Origin: Heptranchias perlo
Lineage: Eukaryota
Reading direction: 5' to 3'
Assembly (NCBI RefSeq): GCF_035084215.1
Contig: NC_090325.1
Coordinates: 22,630,001-22,694,000 of the forward strand
DNA: 64,000 nucleotides
In this document: positions 11,678 through 23,964 of the stretch, piece after piece
Layout: each line of letters begins with the position of its first letter
Position numbering within the stretch: the first letter of the stretch is position 1
Translations under genes and position numbers: made by a program
Notes under the pieces: generated by a model
What the model saw: only the letters and a program-made list of their open reading frames with translations
Told to the model about the DNA's origin: nothing
The model's database searches: none

Positions 11678-14600
11678 GTAAGTACATTTAGAAATGAAAG
11701 TTCCAGTGTGTGAAAATGTTGAATTCCTGCTGCTATAGCAATACTTTCTGGAGTGATCTTTGAACAAGGGAATGTTGAACTGCCATGCTTAAGACAATTA
11801 TTGTAGAATCGTAGACTGATCCAGCACAGAAGGAGGCCATTCGGCCCATCGTGCCTGTGCCCGGCTCTTTGAAAGAGCTATCCAATTAGTCCCATTTCCC
11901 TGCACTTTTCCCGTAGCGCTGCAAATGTTTCCTGTTCATGTATATAATTCAGTTCACTTTTGAAAGTTAGTATTGAAGGGAGAAGGAAAGACAGAAAGGG
12001 GGCAAAGGAATGTTAAAAATAACTGAATTTTTGAAAAACAAAATTGCATTTTTCCGGCCAGGTGCCCAGCTTCAGCCAACCTTAATCCAGACTCCAAGGG
12101 AAATACTGGCGGCCAAAGGCGAGCAGATCGAACTCACCTGCACTTTGAAAGGTTCCTCGCTCGATCAGGTATTTTGGTACAAACTGGACGAAAACTCCGA
12201 AGCGCATTTTGTGATGTCGGCCACGGTCCTGAATAAACAGGTCAGAGGAGATGGAATAAACGGACGGTTCACTTTGAACAGAGATACCTTTCGGCTATCG
12301 TTCAGTTTAAAGATAGAGGACATGCACCTTTCCGACAATGGGACCTATCACTGCCTAATGATCAGCTCTCAAACCACGCTCTTGGGGGATGGAAGTGTGG
12401 TGACAGTAGGTAAGGAGATCTCGAATGTAGATACATTAAACTGTGACATTACAAAAAAAAACAACGAAACTTTATAAAATAAAAACAGAAAATGCTGGAA
12501 ACACACAGCATCTGTGGAGAGAGAAACAGAATTAACGTTTCAGGTCGATTACCTTTCATCAGAACTTTAAAAAAATAAATGTAGAGGCAGATTCAGATTA
12601 AAGGTATTCAGAAAAGTAAATTTGTCCTGCGGCACTGTTGTGATTTCAGACATTTCTGTATTGCAAACGTTTGCCCTGGCATCCTCAAAATTATGAATTA
12701 TGAATTATTTCTATAGTTATATAACTGTGGGAATTCCACAGTATATTCAGATTATACCGTTTTTTTCCCAAGTGTTTTGTGATCAAGTTTTGAAATGGTT
12801 GTTCTGTGTCAATATTGTTCTACTTACTAGGTATGGGTTCTTAGAGGAGTCTTTATCATCACTTGTCACCGTTCTCCAGTCTAACAAAGTCAGGCTTTGA
12901 ACTGCACTAAGTTATTGATGGCGATAGATATAATGTAAATAATCCTCCATCGTCCCCGCACTGATATTCACGGCTACGAATTGTCCGCTTTTATTTTACA
13001 GAAGATACTTGGTTAAAACACACACTAGAATACAATGCTCAAAAAACCTGTTTATTTCAGTTCTAGAGAAACCGAAAGTGACTTCGCCGCCTCCAACTAC
13101 AAAACGCCGCAAAATCAATCGGCCCAGGATCCCGCTCAAGAAGAAACAGAATAGAAATGGTAAGTCGGATACCAAACTGTGGGCATTGAGCATGTCTGAC
13201 AGATAGTCAGACTGGGACAGTCTCCCCATTAAATATACCTGGCTGACAAATAGGGTTGGCTTTTGGTTATTAAGAGCGAATGCCTGACTTTGAATTGCCC
13301 AATCCTTTACCAACACAACATTGCCAGAGAATTCCTAACATGGCAAGACCACTGTCAGCACAAGTCAGGCACTAGATGTTCATTAAAATGTGTTGCCAGT
13401 TATATAAACCGCCCACACAAGCCAATGAGGTAAAAACGGAAAATGCTGGAAATACTCAGCAAGTCAGGCAGCGTCTGTGGAGAAAGAAACAGAGTTAACG
13501 TTTCAGGTCAATGATCCTTCGTTAGAACTGAGCATTTGCTGGGAGAATTTTATATTTATAACTTTGATTTAGAAGTGAGTGAATCTTGAAGGATTATATA
13601 AATGGGAAAGGTTTTCACTTTAGCTGATCACTGACATGTTCTGAAGCAATTTGTGGGATGGCATGGGAGGGTGCCCTGATATTGAGCTACTTTTATTGGA
13701 AATGGTTTCATAGTATTTCCTGCAGTTCCCGTTCACTCAAAAGATTCGATTATCTGTTCTCCGATTTAGAGCGACAGCAGTAAGAGAAACGTTGGCTCTT
13801 TTTAACAAGCAAATACGCTCGTTTTAAATTACAATGTAAGCATTTTAAACTTGTTACCCCTGAACTTTAATAGTTCAGTGAATGGTCGCGGATTTCCGAG
13901 GAAGGTGATATGTGGTGAATGCGAAAAATTATTTCGTACATCCTTCGATAAGACAATTGGACTGAAGGCTTTTGCTAAATGAATGGGAGAGCTGATGCCT
14001 CGTTCACGCGGAAACCCTCCTGATGTGCATGTCTGCCCTTTAATTTACAGGGCGTTAGAACCAGAGAGTTTCCAGCACGGAAGGAGGCCATTCTGCCCAT
14101 CGTGCCTGTATATAAAACCAATCTCACTGCATAGCCTTATCCCCATAACCTCGTGTCTTCCTTTGCTTTAATGTTTATGGGGTCACCCCCCCTTAAAATG
14201 TGCAATGGACGCTCTTTTAATGGTTACAGTCATGATTGGTCCGCTGCATAATTTTCCTCGTAAGTGTGTCCAATTTTGCACTGAATATCATTCATTTTAA
14301 AATGCATTATTGCCATCATTATAAAATGATTGACTAATCGTTGCATTTAAAAGTTAATTTTAATGGATGCACTGGCGGAATGAACAAGAACAGAAACAAT
14401 GATCCAGTCTGAACTAAAAGCACTCCACGGGTCAGGCAGCATCTGTGGCGAGAGGAGGGTAGGGTTAACGTTTCAGGAGCTCTAACCCTTCGTCAGAACC
14501 CAGTCTGAACCTGTTTCCACTTGGTTGGAATAGAAACGCCACGAATGTGAATCCAAGTCACAATGTTATTAACACGGCAGCTATGGGTTGCGTCTACCCT

Positions 14601-17600
14601 CCATGCTAATTATTAAAATTAGGGACCTACCATTTCTTTAGATTCAAGATTTCCTATGAATTTTAACATGGTTTTATAAAGATCATTTAAAAGTGAATCT
14701 GTTGGTGCAAATAATTAGCAAAAAATCCAGGGGGGAAAGGAGATTTCTTTTACCCATGGAGTTGTTATGATCTGGACTGCATTGGTGGTGGAAGCAGATT
14801 CAGTAATAACTTTGGAAAGGGTATTTGATATATACTTGAAAACGAAAAAAAATCAGGGCTAAGGGAAGTGGGACTAATTGGATAGCTCTTTCAAAGAGCC
14901 GGCACAGACACGATGGGCCGAATGGCCTACGTCTGTGTTGTATGATTCTATGGAGTACCGATCGGACATAAACCGGTTTCCACGGATAATAAATCTCCTC
15001 TTGGATCTTTCAGGGCACAAAACACTGAAGTGTCAGAGCCCACACTAAAACCTCCCTCTCCACGAATATTTCTGGAGCTCAACAAATAACAGGGTTGGTT
15101 TTTTACTGTTATATAAAAAAACACGATTGGTAATTGTTCTATAAATCTACATCCTCACCGGGTCGCTATGGCTGCTGAATGAAAAAAACAGAAATACACA
15201 GCAGATTAGTTAGTATCTGTGAGAAAAAGACAGGTTAATGTTTGGGGTGGAACGCCTTCACCATCCCCATCTGCTGGGTATTTGTAAGATTTCTGCTTTT
15301 ATTTTAGATCTCTATTAACAACTGTTTAAAGAAAAACAGAAATCATTTAACGTAGTTACAGTAAAGCATCTTAGTCCACAGGCTCTCCAAACAGGATCAG
15401 CAACCTTGACTCAATGATAATGCTCTTGCCTTTGAGTCAGAAGGCTGTGGGTTCAAGCCCCATTTCAGAATTTGAGCATATAATCCGGGCTGGTACTTCA
15501 GTGTAGTACTGAGGGAGTGCTGCACTGTTAGAGGTGCTCTCGTTCAGATGAGATATTAAACTGAGGCCCCATCTGCCCTTTCAGGTGGATGTTAAAGATC
15601 CCATGATTAGATGAAGAGCAGGGGATTCCTCTGGTGACCTGGCCAATATTTATCCCTCAACCAACATCTAAAACAGATGGTGTGGTCATTTATGTTCACT
15701 GGTCAATTATGAAGGTTCACTAGATTAATTCCTGGGATGAGAGGGTTGTCTTATGAGGAGAAATTGAGTAGAATGGATCTATACTCTCTGGAATTTAGAA
15801 GAATGAAAGGTGATCTCATTGAAACATATAAGATTCTAAGAGGGCTTGACAGAGTAGAAGTTGAGAGGATGTTTCCCCTGGCTGGAGAGTATAGAACTAG
15901 AGGGCATAGTTTCAGGATAACGGGTTGGATATTTAGGACTGAGATGAGGAGGAATTTCTTCACTCAGACGGTTGTGAATATTTGGAATTCTCTACCCCAG
16001 AGGGCTGTGGACACTCAGTCGTTGAATATATTCAAGACTGAGATCAATAGATTTTTGGACTCTAAGGGAATTGAGGGATCTGGGGATCGGGCAGGAAAGT
16101 GGAGTTGAGGTTGAAGATCAGCCATGATCTTATTGAATGGCGATGCAGGCTGGAGGAGCCGTATGGCCAACTCCTGATCCTATTTCTTATGTTCTTATTT
16201 CATTGTTGTTAGTGGGATCTTTCTATGCACAAATTGACTGTCATGTTTCCTACACTACAATGTAAACTACGCTTCAAAAGTACTTCATTGGCTGTAAAGC
16301 GCTTTGGGATGTCCTGAGGTCGTGAAAGGTGCTATATAAATACAAGTTCATCCTTTTTTTCTTTAACTTGTTTGCTTCTTGTTGCTGTCAATCAACATAT
16401 ATAAAAGCAGGATCTGTCAACAGATTAAGGAGGCAGACATTCTAGAACCAGGAGACGTGGCTTGATCTTACATAGAAAATAGGAGCAGGAGTAGGCCATT
16501 CGGCCCTTCGAGCCTGCACGCCATTCAATATGATCATGACTGATCCTCTATCTCAATGCCATATTCCCGCTCTCTCCCCATACCCCTTGATGCCGTTTGT
16601 GTCTAGAAATCTATCTAGCTCCTTCTTAAATATATTCAGTGACTTGGCCTCCACAGCCTTCTGTGGTAGAGAATTCCACAGGTTCACCACCCTCTGAGTG
16701 AAGAAATTTCTCCTCATCTCAGCCCTAAATGTCCTACCCCATATCCTGAGACTGTGACCCCTCGTTCTGGACCCCCCCCCCCCCCAGACAGGGGAAAGGG
16801 AAGGACTAAGTTTTGATTTGATTAATTGAGTCAGAGGATGGTGCACCGACTGCCCAGATAGGCCACAGAGAAGATAATGTGTGTGTGTTGGGGGATCAAG
16901 GGAGAATTGGATATATATTTGAGGGAGTCGGCCGTTGAGAGGCCTTAGTGTTTGGGAGAGGCCGGAGTCTTTTCCGTACTGTACTTTCCTGTGTTCATAA
17001 AGGTACACATAACACAAATACCCAGCATATTTTTAAATCATGACCTTAAATCTCTTAATATTGATGAAAAAATCTTTAAGAATTTTTAGTTGAAGGGAAT
17101 TCTGTTTTAAAATCATACGGTCCAATAGCGATAGAATTACAGCCATAATTAGGTTTAACAAGCACGCCCCAAAAAAGAACGTGGATGTACAGTTTAACAG
17201 TGTTGGCCGACAGCCGGCTTTATATTTGTATTAAGTAATTGGTTTTAATATCTGAAAGCGGTAGTGTAAAAGATGACTGGTTCATTACATTTGATCACAT
17301 AATGCTGACATGTTATAGAATTCAGAAAGATACAGGTCTGAAAAAAGACCATTTCGATCCATCTGCTCACCCCTGACCATTGGCTGAACATCTCACTGAC
17401 AATCTGTACCCAAAAACTAGGAGTTAGAATGTTCTGTTATCCGAAAGCTATGGGAACGTTTCTGTTTTGAAGAGGATGTATGTTTCGTGTTATTTTGCCC
17501 GGTAACGTGGAAGTCTTGCCCTGTAATGGATGAAACACGTTCATTGCTTTGTGTTGTATTGGATAAGGATTGCTAATGTGCAGATGTGCTGTTCTGCTAG

Positions 17601-18051
17601 GGTATGTCTGCAACTGGACTATCTGGGGATCACTGACCGCCTGCATCCTCCTGTTACTGATCGCCATCGTTTCTGTCGTCATCCTTGATAGGAATAAGAG
17701 TAAGTCCCGATATTAGACTCCGATATTGTATGTTAATATCGGCATTGATATATTTCATTAGTCATCGCAGTATTTATTTGCTCATGAGATCCCTGTTTCT
17801 CTTTCCTGTCTAGAATACCGGAGGCGATGCCCCCACCAGTTTCGGAAAAGGTAAGGAAGATGGATCTTGCACAATTTTAAGTGAGACGTAGGAGGGAGGG
17901 ATAGAGTTTATGATCAAATACGGAATCGACGTCGTATGAATTTAGTCGTATTTGTTAACAGAAGTTTGCGATATACCCTGAGGACGGGTGGGGAGAATCT
18001 CCTCCGCTATTGCCCCTAATTCTCTGAATTCAGTTTTGTCTCAGACGCTAA
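11632..18051 (+). CDS. CD8B: CD8 T-cell coreceptor chain, most likely CD8 beta; spliced CDS join(11632..11677,12062..12409,13061..13159,17601..17699,17814..17850,18045..18051), ~211 aa
   Basis: GT-AG exons join in frame (intron phases 1,1,1,1,2) into leader + IgV + Pro/Thr hinge + TM + short basic tail with RRRCPH. Beta is preferred over alpha from the LIQTP N-terminus, the C-L-M-I...LGDGSVVTV F/G strands and the short tail. The alpha/beta call is an inference. Confidence 0.75.
11805..11975 (-). mobile_element. CR1 3'-end fragment in CD8 intron 1
   Basis: GAAGGAGGCCATTCGGCCCATCGTG...TTTGAAAGAGCTATCCAATTAGTCCC is the reverse complement of the CR1 3' UTR seen at 14.8 and 53.6 kb. Confidence 0.8.
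12062..12409 (+). CDS. CD8B: CD8 exon 2, IgV domain
   Basis: Acceptor tttccggccAG, donor GTAAGG. V-set hallmarks: ELTC, VFWY, GRFT, FSLKI, DNGTYHC, LGDGSVVTV. Confidence 0.92.
12530..12566 (-). ncRNA. minimal hammerhead ribozyme motif (Penelope terminal-repeat remnant 12478-12566), CD8 intron 2
   Basis: Minus strand: agtt CTGATGA a aggt-aatcg-acct GAAACGTT aatt. Confidence 0.65.
13061..13159 (+). CDS. CD8B: CD8 exon 3, hinge/stalk (V)LEKPKVTSPPPTTKRRKINRPRIPLKKKQNRN
   Basis: Acceptor tttatttcAG, donor GTAAGT, 99 nt, phase 1-1, Pro/Thr/Lys-rich. Confidence 0.88.
13493..13529 (-). ncRNA. degenerate minimal hammerhead motif (core mutated to CTAACGA) in Penelope remnant 13432-13530
   Basis: Minus strand: agtt CTAACGA aggatcattgacct GAAACGTT aact. 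Confidence 0.5.
14462..14501 (-). ncRNA. minimal hammerhead ribozyme motif, CD8 intron 3
   Basis: Minus strand: gggtt CTGACGA aggg-ttagagc-tcct GAAACGTT aaccc; stem I differs compensatorily from the agtt/aact copies. Confidence 0.6.
14740..14952 (+). mobile_element. CR1 3'-end fragment
   Basis: GATAGCTCTTTCAAAGAGCCGGC...GGCCGAATGGCC...TATGATTCTATG. Confidence 0.8.
15400..16350 (+). mobile_element. near full-length Deu-domain SINE interrupted by a CR1 3' fragment (~15712-16197)
   Basis: tRNA-like head (GGGTTCAAGCCC B box), Deu core, tail GCTATATAAATACAAG; ORF 15737..16108 is a CR1 RT C-terminus. Confidence 0.85.
16468..16797 (-). mobile_element. CR1 3' fragment
   Basis: C-terminal half of ORF 16553..17017 (RTRGHSL...RRNFFTQRVVNLWNSLP); near-identical to 1060-1370. 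Confidence 0.9.
17601..17699 (+). CDS. CD8B: CD8 exon 4, transmembrane (G)YVCNWTIWGSLTACILLLLIAIVSVVILDRNK
   Basis: Acceptor gttctgctAG, donor GTAAGT, 99 nt, phase 1-1. C-x-x-x-I-W-x-x-L resembles the CD8 TM signature (CDIYIWAPL in human CD8A). Confidence 0.9.
17814..17850 (+). CDS. CD8B: CD8 exon 5, cytoplasmic (K)YRRRCPHQFRK(R) with CxH motif
   Basis: Long polypyrimidine acceptor ctctttcctgtctAG, donor AG|GTAAGG; basic residues followed by CPH. Confidence 0.9.
18045..18051 (+). CDS. CD8B: probable terminal coding exon (R-R-stop), followed by 3' UTR
   Basis: Good acceptor shortly downstream of exon 5 (cagttttgtctcAG), then A CGC TAA. Too short to verify from sequence alone. Confidence 0.5.
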
Positions 18052-18954
18052 ATAGAAGAGAAACTCCGAGACATGGATCACGTTTGCTCATTGCGAACAT
18101 CGATGTATTTTAGAAACAGTGAGAACATCTGACCATCTCCAGCGGTACATTAAATTAATCGGAGTCATCTTTTTGTTTCACGGGCGATCGGCCAAGGTCA
18201 CTCACTCCAGATGTTTAACAATCCATACACAAGGACGGAGAGAAGCTGAGCTCAAGCGCCCAATAGGACAGGATCCACTCAACTACTTTTTAGTATCGAC
18301 AAACAAAATAATACCGGGTCAAACGACACTGTACCCGTGTTAAATTCCTGTCCTCTAGGTCCTTTCATTTTTTTCTTAACTGAACACGGCCCTGTCCTAT
18401 TAGAGACCTTTCGTTTGCTGACTGTTACTAGTTGAATGCCATGACAGTGTCAAATGGTTCAAACAGGTAGTAATGTCCCAGGGATAATGGCCACATGACG
18501 ATTTGAATTGATGCCCCTCACCCCACAAGATATTCTTGTTCAGTCATCACAGACCCGAACAACTCAAACACAATGTAAGAAGCAAACGGATAACTGTGAT
18601 TGACAGCCCATCGTCCTCTCGCTGTCACCTTCCACACAGGAACATAACTCACAAATGGTCATTGATGTACCCACATGGTGCTCTGAGTGCTGGTGCTTGT
18701 GTTAAAACTGCCCATGTCCCCGCAACTTAGCTGTATACAAAGGCTCCAATTACTTCCTGCACTCGCCCCGAATCTCATGATCTCTGGAATACTGACTTGC
18801 AATTGTCCCACTCCATCACTGAGGGTCATTTTCAATGACTTATGGTAAAATAGTGGGAACTAACCTGAGGGTGGGAAAAATCGCTGTTGTTCGCTGTCCA
18901 GAATTAGTGTTGTGCGTTTTGCGTTGCGCGTTGGTTACTAAACTCAAATCGTAT

Positions 18955-18960
18955 AATAAA
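18955..18960 (+). terminator. candidate polyadenylation signal AATAAA for the CD8 transcript
   Basis: AATAAA ~900 nt after the predicted stop, followed by T-rich sequence. Confidence 0.35.
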
Positions 18961-19224
18961 TCTTTGCTCCCAGACGATCAGACATGCTCTGTCCATTACA
19001 CATTCCCTCAGTATTTCCTTAAACATTCCCTGTGTTTCTCCTCTGTATTTTCTGGTATTTACTTATGCTTTCCTGGTATATTTTTCCTGCATCTTCCTAT
19101 ATTTTCCTGGTATGTTTCCTGTACTTTCTCTGTATTTTCCCTGTAATTCATTTTTATTTTACCATATTTTACCATATATATTTCCTTATAGTTGTATATT
19201 TCCCATATAATTCCCAACTGTTAA

Positions 19225-19580
19225 AGTGTAAGCCTCCGCTCAGTGGTCTTGAGCACACAGTCTGGGCTGACGCATGAGTACTGTACTGAGGGAGTGCTGC
19301 ACTGTCTGAGATGTGGCCTTTTGGATCCGATGCCAACCCAGGCGGATTCTGTGGCATTGTTTGAATAGGAACAGGGAGTTCTCCTTCCTTCACCCAACAC
19401 CAGCAAAAGCAGAGGAATAAATTCAGTTTATTTTCTGTTTGTGGAATCTTGCTATGAAAAAAAATGCCTGCCATGTCTGTCTACATGATAATGGTGACTA
19501 CTCTTCAAAATTAATTCGTTAGATGTGAAGTGCTTCAGCACATCCTGAGGATGTGACAAAGGTGCTACATAAATGCACCT
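19225..19580 (+). mobile_element. Deu-domain SINE, decayed
   Basis: GTACTGAGGGAGTGCTGCACTGTC core and tail. Confidence 0.7.
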
Positions 19581-19909
19581 TTACATAACACAACTGAGGC
19601 ACAACTGCCTCCTTTTTGTATTCCAACCCTCTTGAGCTAAAAGCCAGACAGTAAAAGAACCAAAGATTAGCTACGCCGTTGTAATATATTAACAATGAAT
19701 GTAGTTAAAATGTCCTGATGCACGCATTAATGCACTGTACTGTAATTTAACATTCAGTGTCTCAACTACATACAATATATTAGTAACATTAGGTTAGCTG
19801 CAGTGAAAGAGGGTGAGGAGCAAAGGAAACAGGCTGAGGAACAGAAAAACAGAATAAGGAGAAACATTTCAGAACTTTTCCTCATGAGGTTAAATGAGTT
19901 TGATAACGT

Positions 19910-20215
19910 CCAAACTCCCAAACCCGCGACCTCTATCACCCAGAAGGACAAGGGTAGCAGGCACATGGGAACAACACCACCTGCACATTCCCCTCCAAGT
20001 CACACACCATCCCGACTTGGAAATATATCGCCGTTCCATCATCGTCACTGGGTCAAAATCCTGGAACTCCCTTCCTAACAGCACTGTGGGAGAACCTTCA
20101 CCACACGGACTGCAGCGGTTCAAGAAGGCGGCTCACCACCACCTTCTCAAGGGCAATTAGGGATGGGCAATAAATGCTGGCCTCGCCAGTGACGCCCACA
20201 TCCCATGAACAAATT
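19910..20215 (+). mobile_element. 3' end of a non-LTR LINE (same family as 25576-26431, 34585-35404, 57045-57250)
   Basis: GSKSWNSLPNS...GLQRFKKAAHHHLLKGN C-terminus and GCCCACATCCCATGAA tail. Confidence 0.8.
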
Positions 20216-20764
20216 TTTAAAAAAGAAAGAAAAGATTGTGCATGATCATTAGGAAAATCAGGGTTTGCTGAGGTAAATATCTGTTTCTCATTCCATGCTT
20301 TATTTCCTTAAATTAGGAGCTAGTAGTTGAGTTGAGAGGAACAGTGATTGTGTTTCTTAGAATATATAATTTTTTAATCTGTTGCTTTCTGTAGGTTTCT
20401 CCTCCTCCTGCAATCTATAGGTTTTTAAAACCCAAGCTCATGTTCTCTCCTTTCACTCTGCACTATGGGCCTTGGCCCTTCACCTGTGTATGAATCAAAA
20501 CATAGGAGACACATCACTTTTATAGTGGAGTTTTCTATCATTAAGGGAATCCTAAACTCTGTTGTTATCACAGAAAACTTTATTAAATACACTAAATGCT
20601 GCACTAGTGCTGCAGTCTATGTAAAAAATACAACTTACTGTTCATTTTTACACATTAGGTTAACATTACCCAGGCTCAATGTATTTTACAATATTTGCAA
20701 AAGTTTATCAAAATCTTTTACAATAAAATAGAATGCCAATCCATTGATCCCCTTTACAATATTA

Positions 20765-21688
20765 TAAGAACATAAGAAATAGGAGCAGGAGTAGGCCACA
20801 TGGCCCCTCAAGCCTGCTCCGCCATTCAATCAGATCATGGCTGATCTTCAACCTCAACTCCACTCTCCTGCCCAATCCACATATCCTTTGATTTCCCCTA
20901 GAGTCCAAAAATATATCTATCTCAGCCTTGAATATACTCAATGACTCAGCATCCACAGCCCTCTGGGGTAGAGAATTCCAAAGATTTACAACCCTCTGAA
21001 TGAAGAAATTCCTCCTCATCTCAGTCTTAAATGGCCGACCACTTATCCTGCGATTGTGCCCCCTAGTTCTAGACTCTCCAGCCATGGGAAACAACTTCTC
21101 AGCCTGTACTCTGTCAAGCTCCCTCAAAATCTTATATGTTTCAATGAGATCACCTCTCATTCTTCTAAACTCCAGAGAGCATAGGCCCTTTCTACTCAAC
21201 CTCGCCTCATAGGACAACCCTTTCATCCCAGGAATTAATCTAGTGAACCTTCGCTGCACCGCCTCTAAGGCAAGTATATCCTTCCTTAGTTAAGGAGACC
21301 AAACTGTATGCAGTACTCCAGGTGAGGTCTCACCAAAGCCCTGTACAATTGTAGTAAGACTTCCTTACTTTTGTACTCCAACCCCCTTGCAATAAAGGCC
21401 AGCATACCATTTGCTTTCCTAATTGCTTGCTGTACCTGCATGCTAACTTTTTGTGTTTCTTGTACGAGGACACCCAAACCTCTCAGAACACCAACATTAA
21501 ATAGTTTCTCACCATTTAAGAAATATTCTGTTTTTCTACCAAAGTGAATAACCTCACATTTCCCCACATTATACTCCATCTGCCACCTTCTTGCCCACTC
21601 AATTAACCTGTCTATATCCCTTTGCAGACTCTATATCCTCCTCACAGCTTGCTTTCCCACCTAGCTTTGTACCATTAGCAAACTTAGA
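20765..21688 (-). mobile_element. CR1 LINE 3' fragment
   Basis: ORFs 20762..21259 and 21286..21579 are CR1 RT C-terminal sequence. Confidence 0.92.
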
Positions 21689-21894
21689 TTATTAACTCCT
21701 TGAAAACACAGCTCTGGTTTCAATCACTTTCTTCATTAAATTAAAGGTAGCATTTCATACTGATTAAACCATCATATTCATTTACTAACTCAACAGTGAT
21801 GGTTTCTGCAAAGACACAAGTAAAATGCTTTGAAGTAGCCTTGTAACAGTGCCCCTTGGATGCCTGAGTATTTCTCAATCTTCGTCCCTGTGTT

Positions 21895-22090
21895 AACATA
21901 AGAACATAAGAAATAGGAGCAGGAGTAGGCCAATCGGCCCCTCGAGCCTGCTCCGCCATTCAATAAGATCATGGCTGATCTGATCCTAACCTCAAATCTA
22001 AATTCATGTCCAATTTCCTGCCCGCTCCCCGTAACTCCTAATTCCCTTTACTTCTAGGAAACTGTCTATTTCTGTTTTAAATTTATTTGT
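21895..22090 (-). mobile_element. CR1 3' end
   Basis: AACATAAGAACATAAGAAATAGGAGCAGG tail; matches the 3' end of 3581-4908. Confidence 0.85.
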
Positions 22091-22734
22091 GTTGATGATT
22101 CATTTCCAGAGCATTGAAACCCACCCATACAGGAGGTACCTTTCTGATGGGAGTGAGAGTGATATGCAAGAGTTTCTTGAAATCACTCAAATCATCTTCT
22201 GTGGATTGGATTCTATTTTTAAAAGGCATGAGGGAAGAATAATGAAATTTAATTATAGTAGACAAGCCTTCTGAGACATCTTCCTGCACACGAGGAGCGC
22301 TATATTTATGTTGTTGATATTGTTACTATAATAATAATAATTAATAGTTAGTGGTAGTTGTTTCAAAAGATAGCACTAGCATAGGCATATTGGGTTTCAT
22401 GATCTCTTCCACTCTGAAATTTCTGTGATTCTATTGTGCTCTGGATATATTTCCACCCACTATGAACACCATAAAATCTGAGATCAGTATGTCAAAATAT
22501 CTTGGAGGAATTATAGATTATAGATTATAGGAATTATAAATTATTTTAATTTTCTAGGACTAACGAAAGAGGTTTTCAATTAATTTATTAATCCTAATGA
22601 GGAAAGGTACACTTAAACATCATGCTAAGTCCAAGGGTAAAGAGGACACCTGAGTGAGAAATTTAAATAAAATGTTTTAGATTTGATTATGTTATATTTG
22701 CTTAACTGCAATTAAATTCCCTTGAGTTAATACA

Positions 22735-23108
22735 GTTGAGGGGTGATCTAACTGGGTTCTTTAAAATGGTAAAGGGATTCGATAGGGTAGATGCAGAAAA
22801 ACTATTTCCTCTGCTGGGATAATCCAGAACAAGGGGGCTTATCTTAAAATTAGAGAAAGGCTATTTAGAACTGAAATGAGGGAACATCTTTTCACACAAC
22901 GGGTAGTGGAAATCTGGAAATCTCTTCCTCCATAAGGTTGTGAATGCTGGGAAAATTGAAATTTTCAAGAGCGAGATCGATAAATGTTTGTTAGGTAAAA
23001 GTATCAAGGGATATGGAGCAAAAGCGGGAAAATGATCAGCCATGATATAATTGAATGGCGGAACAGGCTCGTGAGGCTGAATGGCCTACTCCTGTTCCCA
23101 TGTTTCTA
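22735..23108 (+). mobile_element. CR1 3' fragment
   Basis: GAGGGGTGATCTAA...TTCACACAACGGGTAGTGGAAATCTGGAA...GGCCTACTCCTGTTCC. Confidence 0.85.
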
Positions 23109-23582
23109 AAATTATTAAAGAAATTCATTCTGATTGTATGCTTGTGGGATTTTTAAAGAAATATTTTACAGTTCTCTTTTAACTTTCAGACTGCAGTTCT
23201 AGAGAAATTCCAGTCTCATTTTTTCAGCTCAAGCCTGATGATACTTAAACAAGCATCAATATTACAATTGTAAAGCAGCTCTGAGATCAGAAATAGAATT
23301 ATTACTGCAATACTAACCTCACATTACCAAAAGAAGCACATAAAATCTTTTTAACTTAAGATTCTAGTTTAACACTCTATTTCTGTTCTTCTTTTCCCTT
23401 TTATCTCATTTTGCTTTTCCCCATTCTCTTTTCTATTGTTATTATTATACATTGATTCTTATTCTGCATCTAACAAATGTTTTAGATCCCATTTTCTCAT
23501 AAAACAATCACTGCAATTCAAATATGTAATTAATTGTGTGGAGCATCTTGAGGTGTTCTGAAGTGATAAGGTGCTACATAAA

Positions 23583-23960
23583 TAAGAACATAAGAACATA
23601 AGAAATAGGAGCAGGAGTAGGCCATATGGCCCATCGAGCCTGCTCCGCCATTCAATAAGATCATGGTTGATCTTCGACCTCAACTCCACTTTCCTGCCCG
23701 ATCCTCATATCCTTGATTCCCCTAGAGTCCAAAAATCTGTCCATCTCAGCCTTGAATATATTCAATGACTCAGCATCCACAGCCCGCTGGGCTAAAGAAT
23801 TCCAAAGATTCACAACCCTCTGAGTGAAGAAATTCCTCCTCATCTCAGTCTTAAATGGCCAACCCCTTATCCTGCGACTATGCCCCCTAGTTCTATACTC
23901 TCCACCCAGGGGAAACAACCTCTCAGCATCTACCCTGTCAAGCTCCCTCACAATCTTATG
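23583..23960 (-). mobile_element. CR1 3' fragment
   Basis: ORF 23661..23993 and (ATAAGAAC)n tail. Confidence 0.9.
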
Positions 23961-23964
23961 TACA

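Noticed and set aside
12010-12477. 155-aa single-exon ORF taken as the full protein, or as a rearranging Ig/TCR V segment
   Set aside because: Both ends are intron read-through. The G strand is encoded in the same exon, no RSS follows, and it splices to hinge/TM exons.
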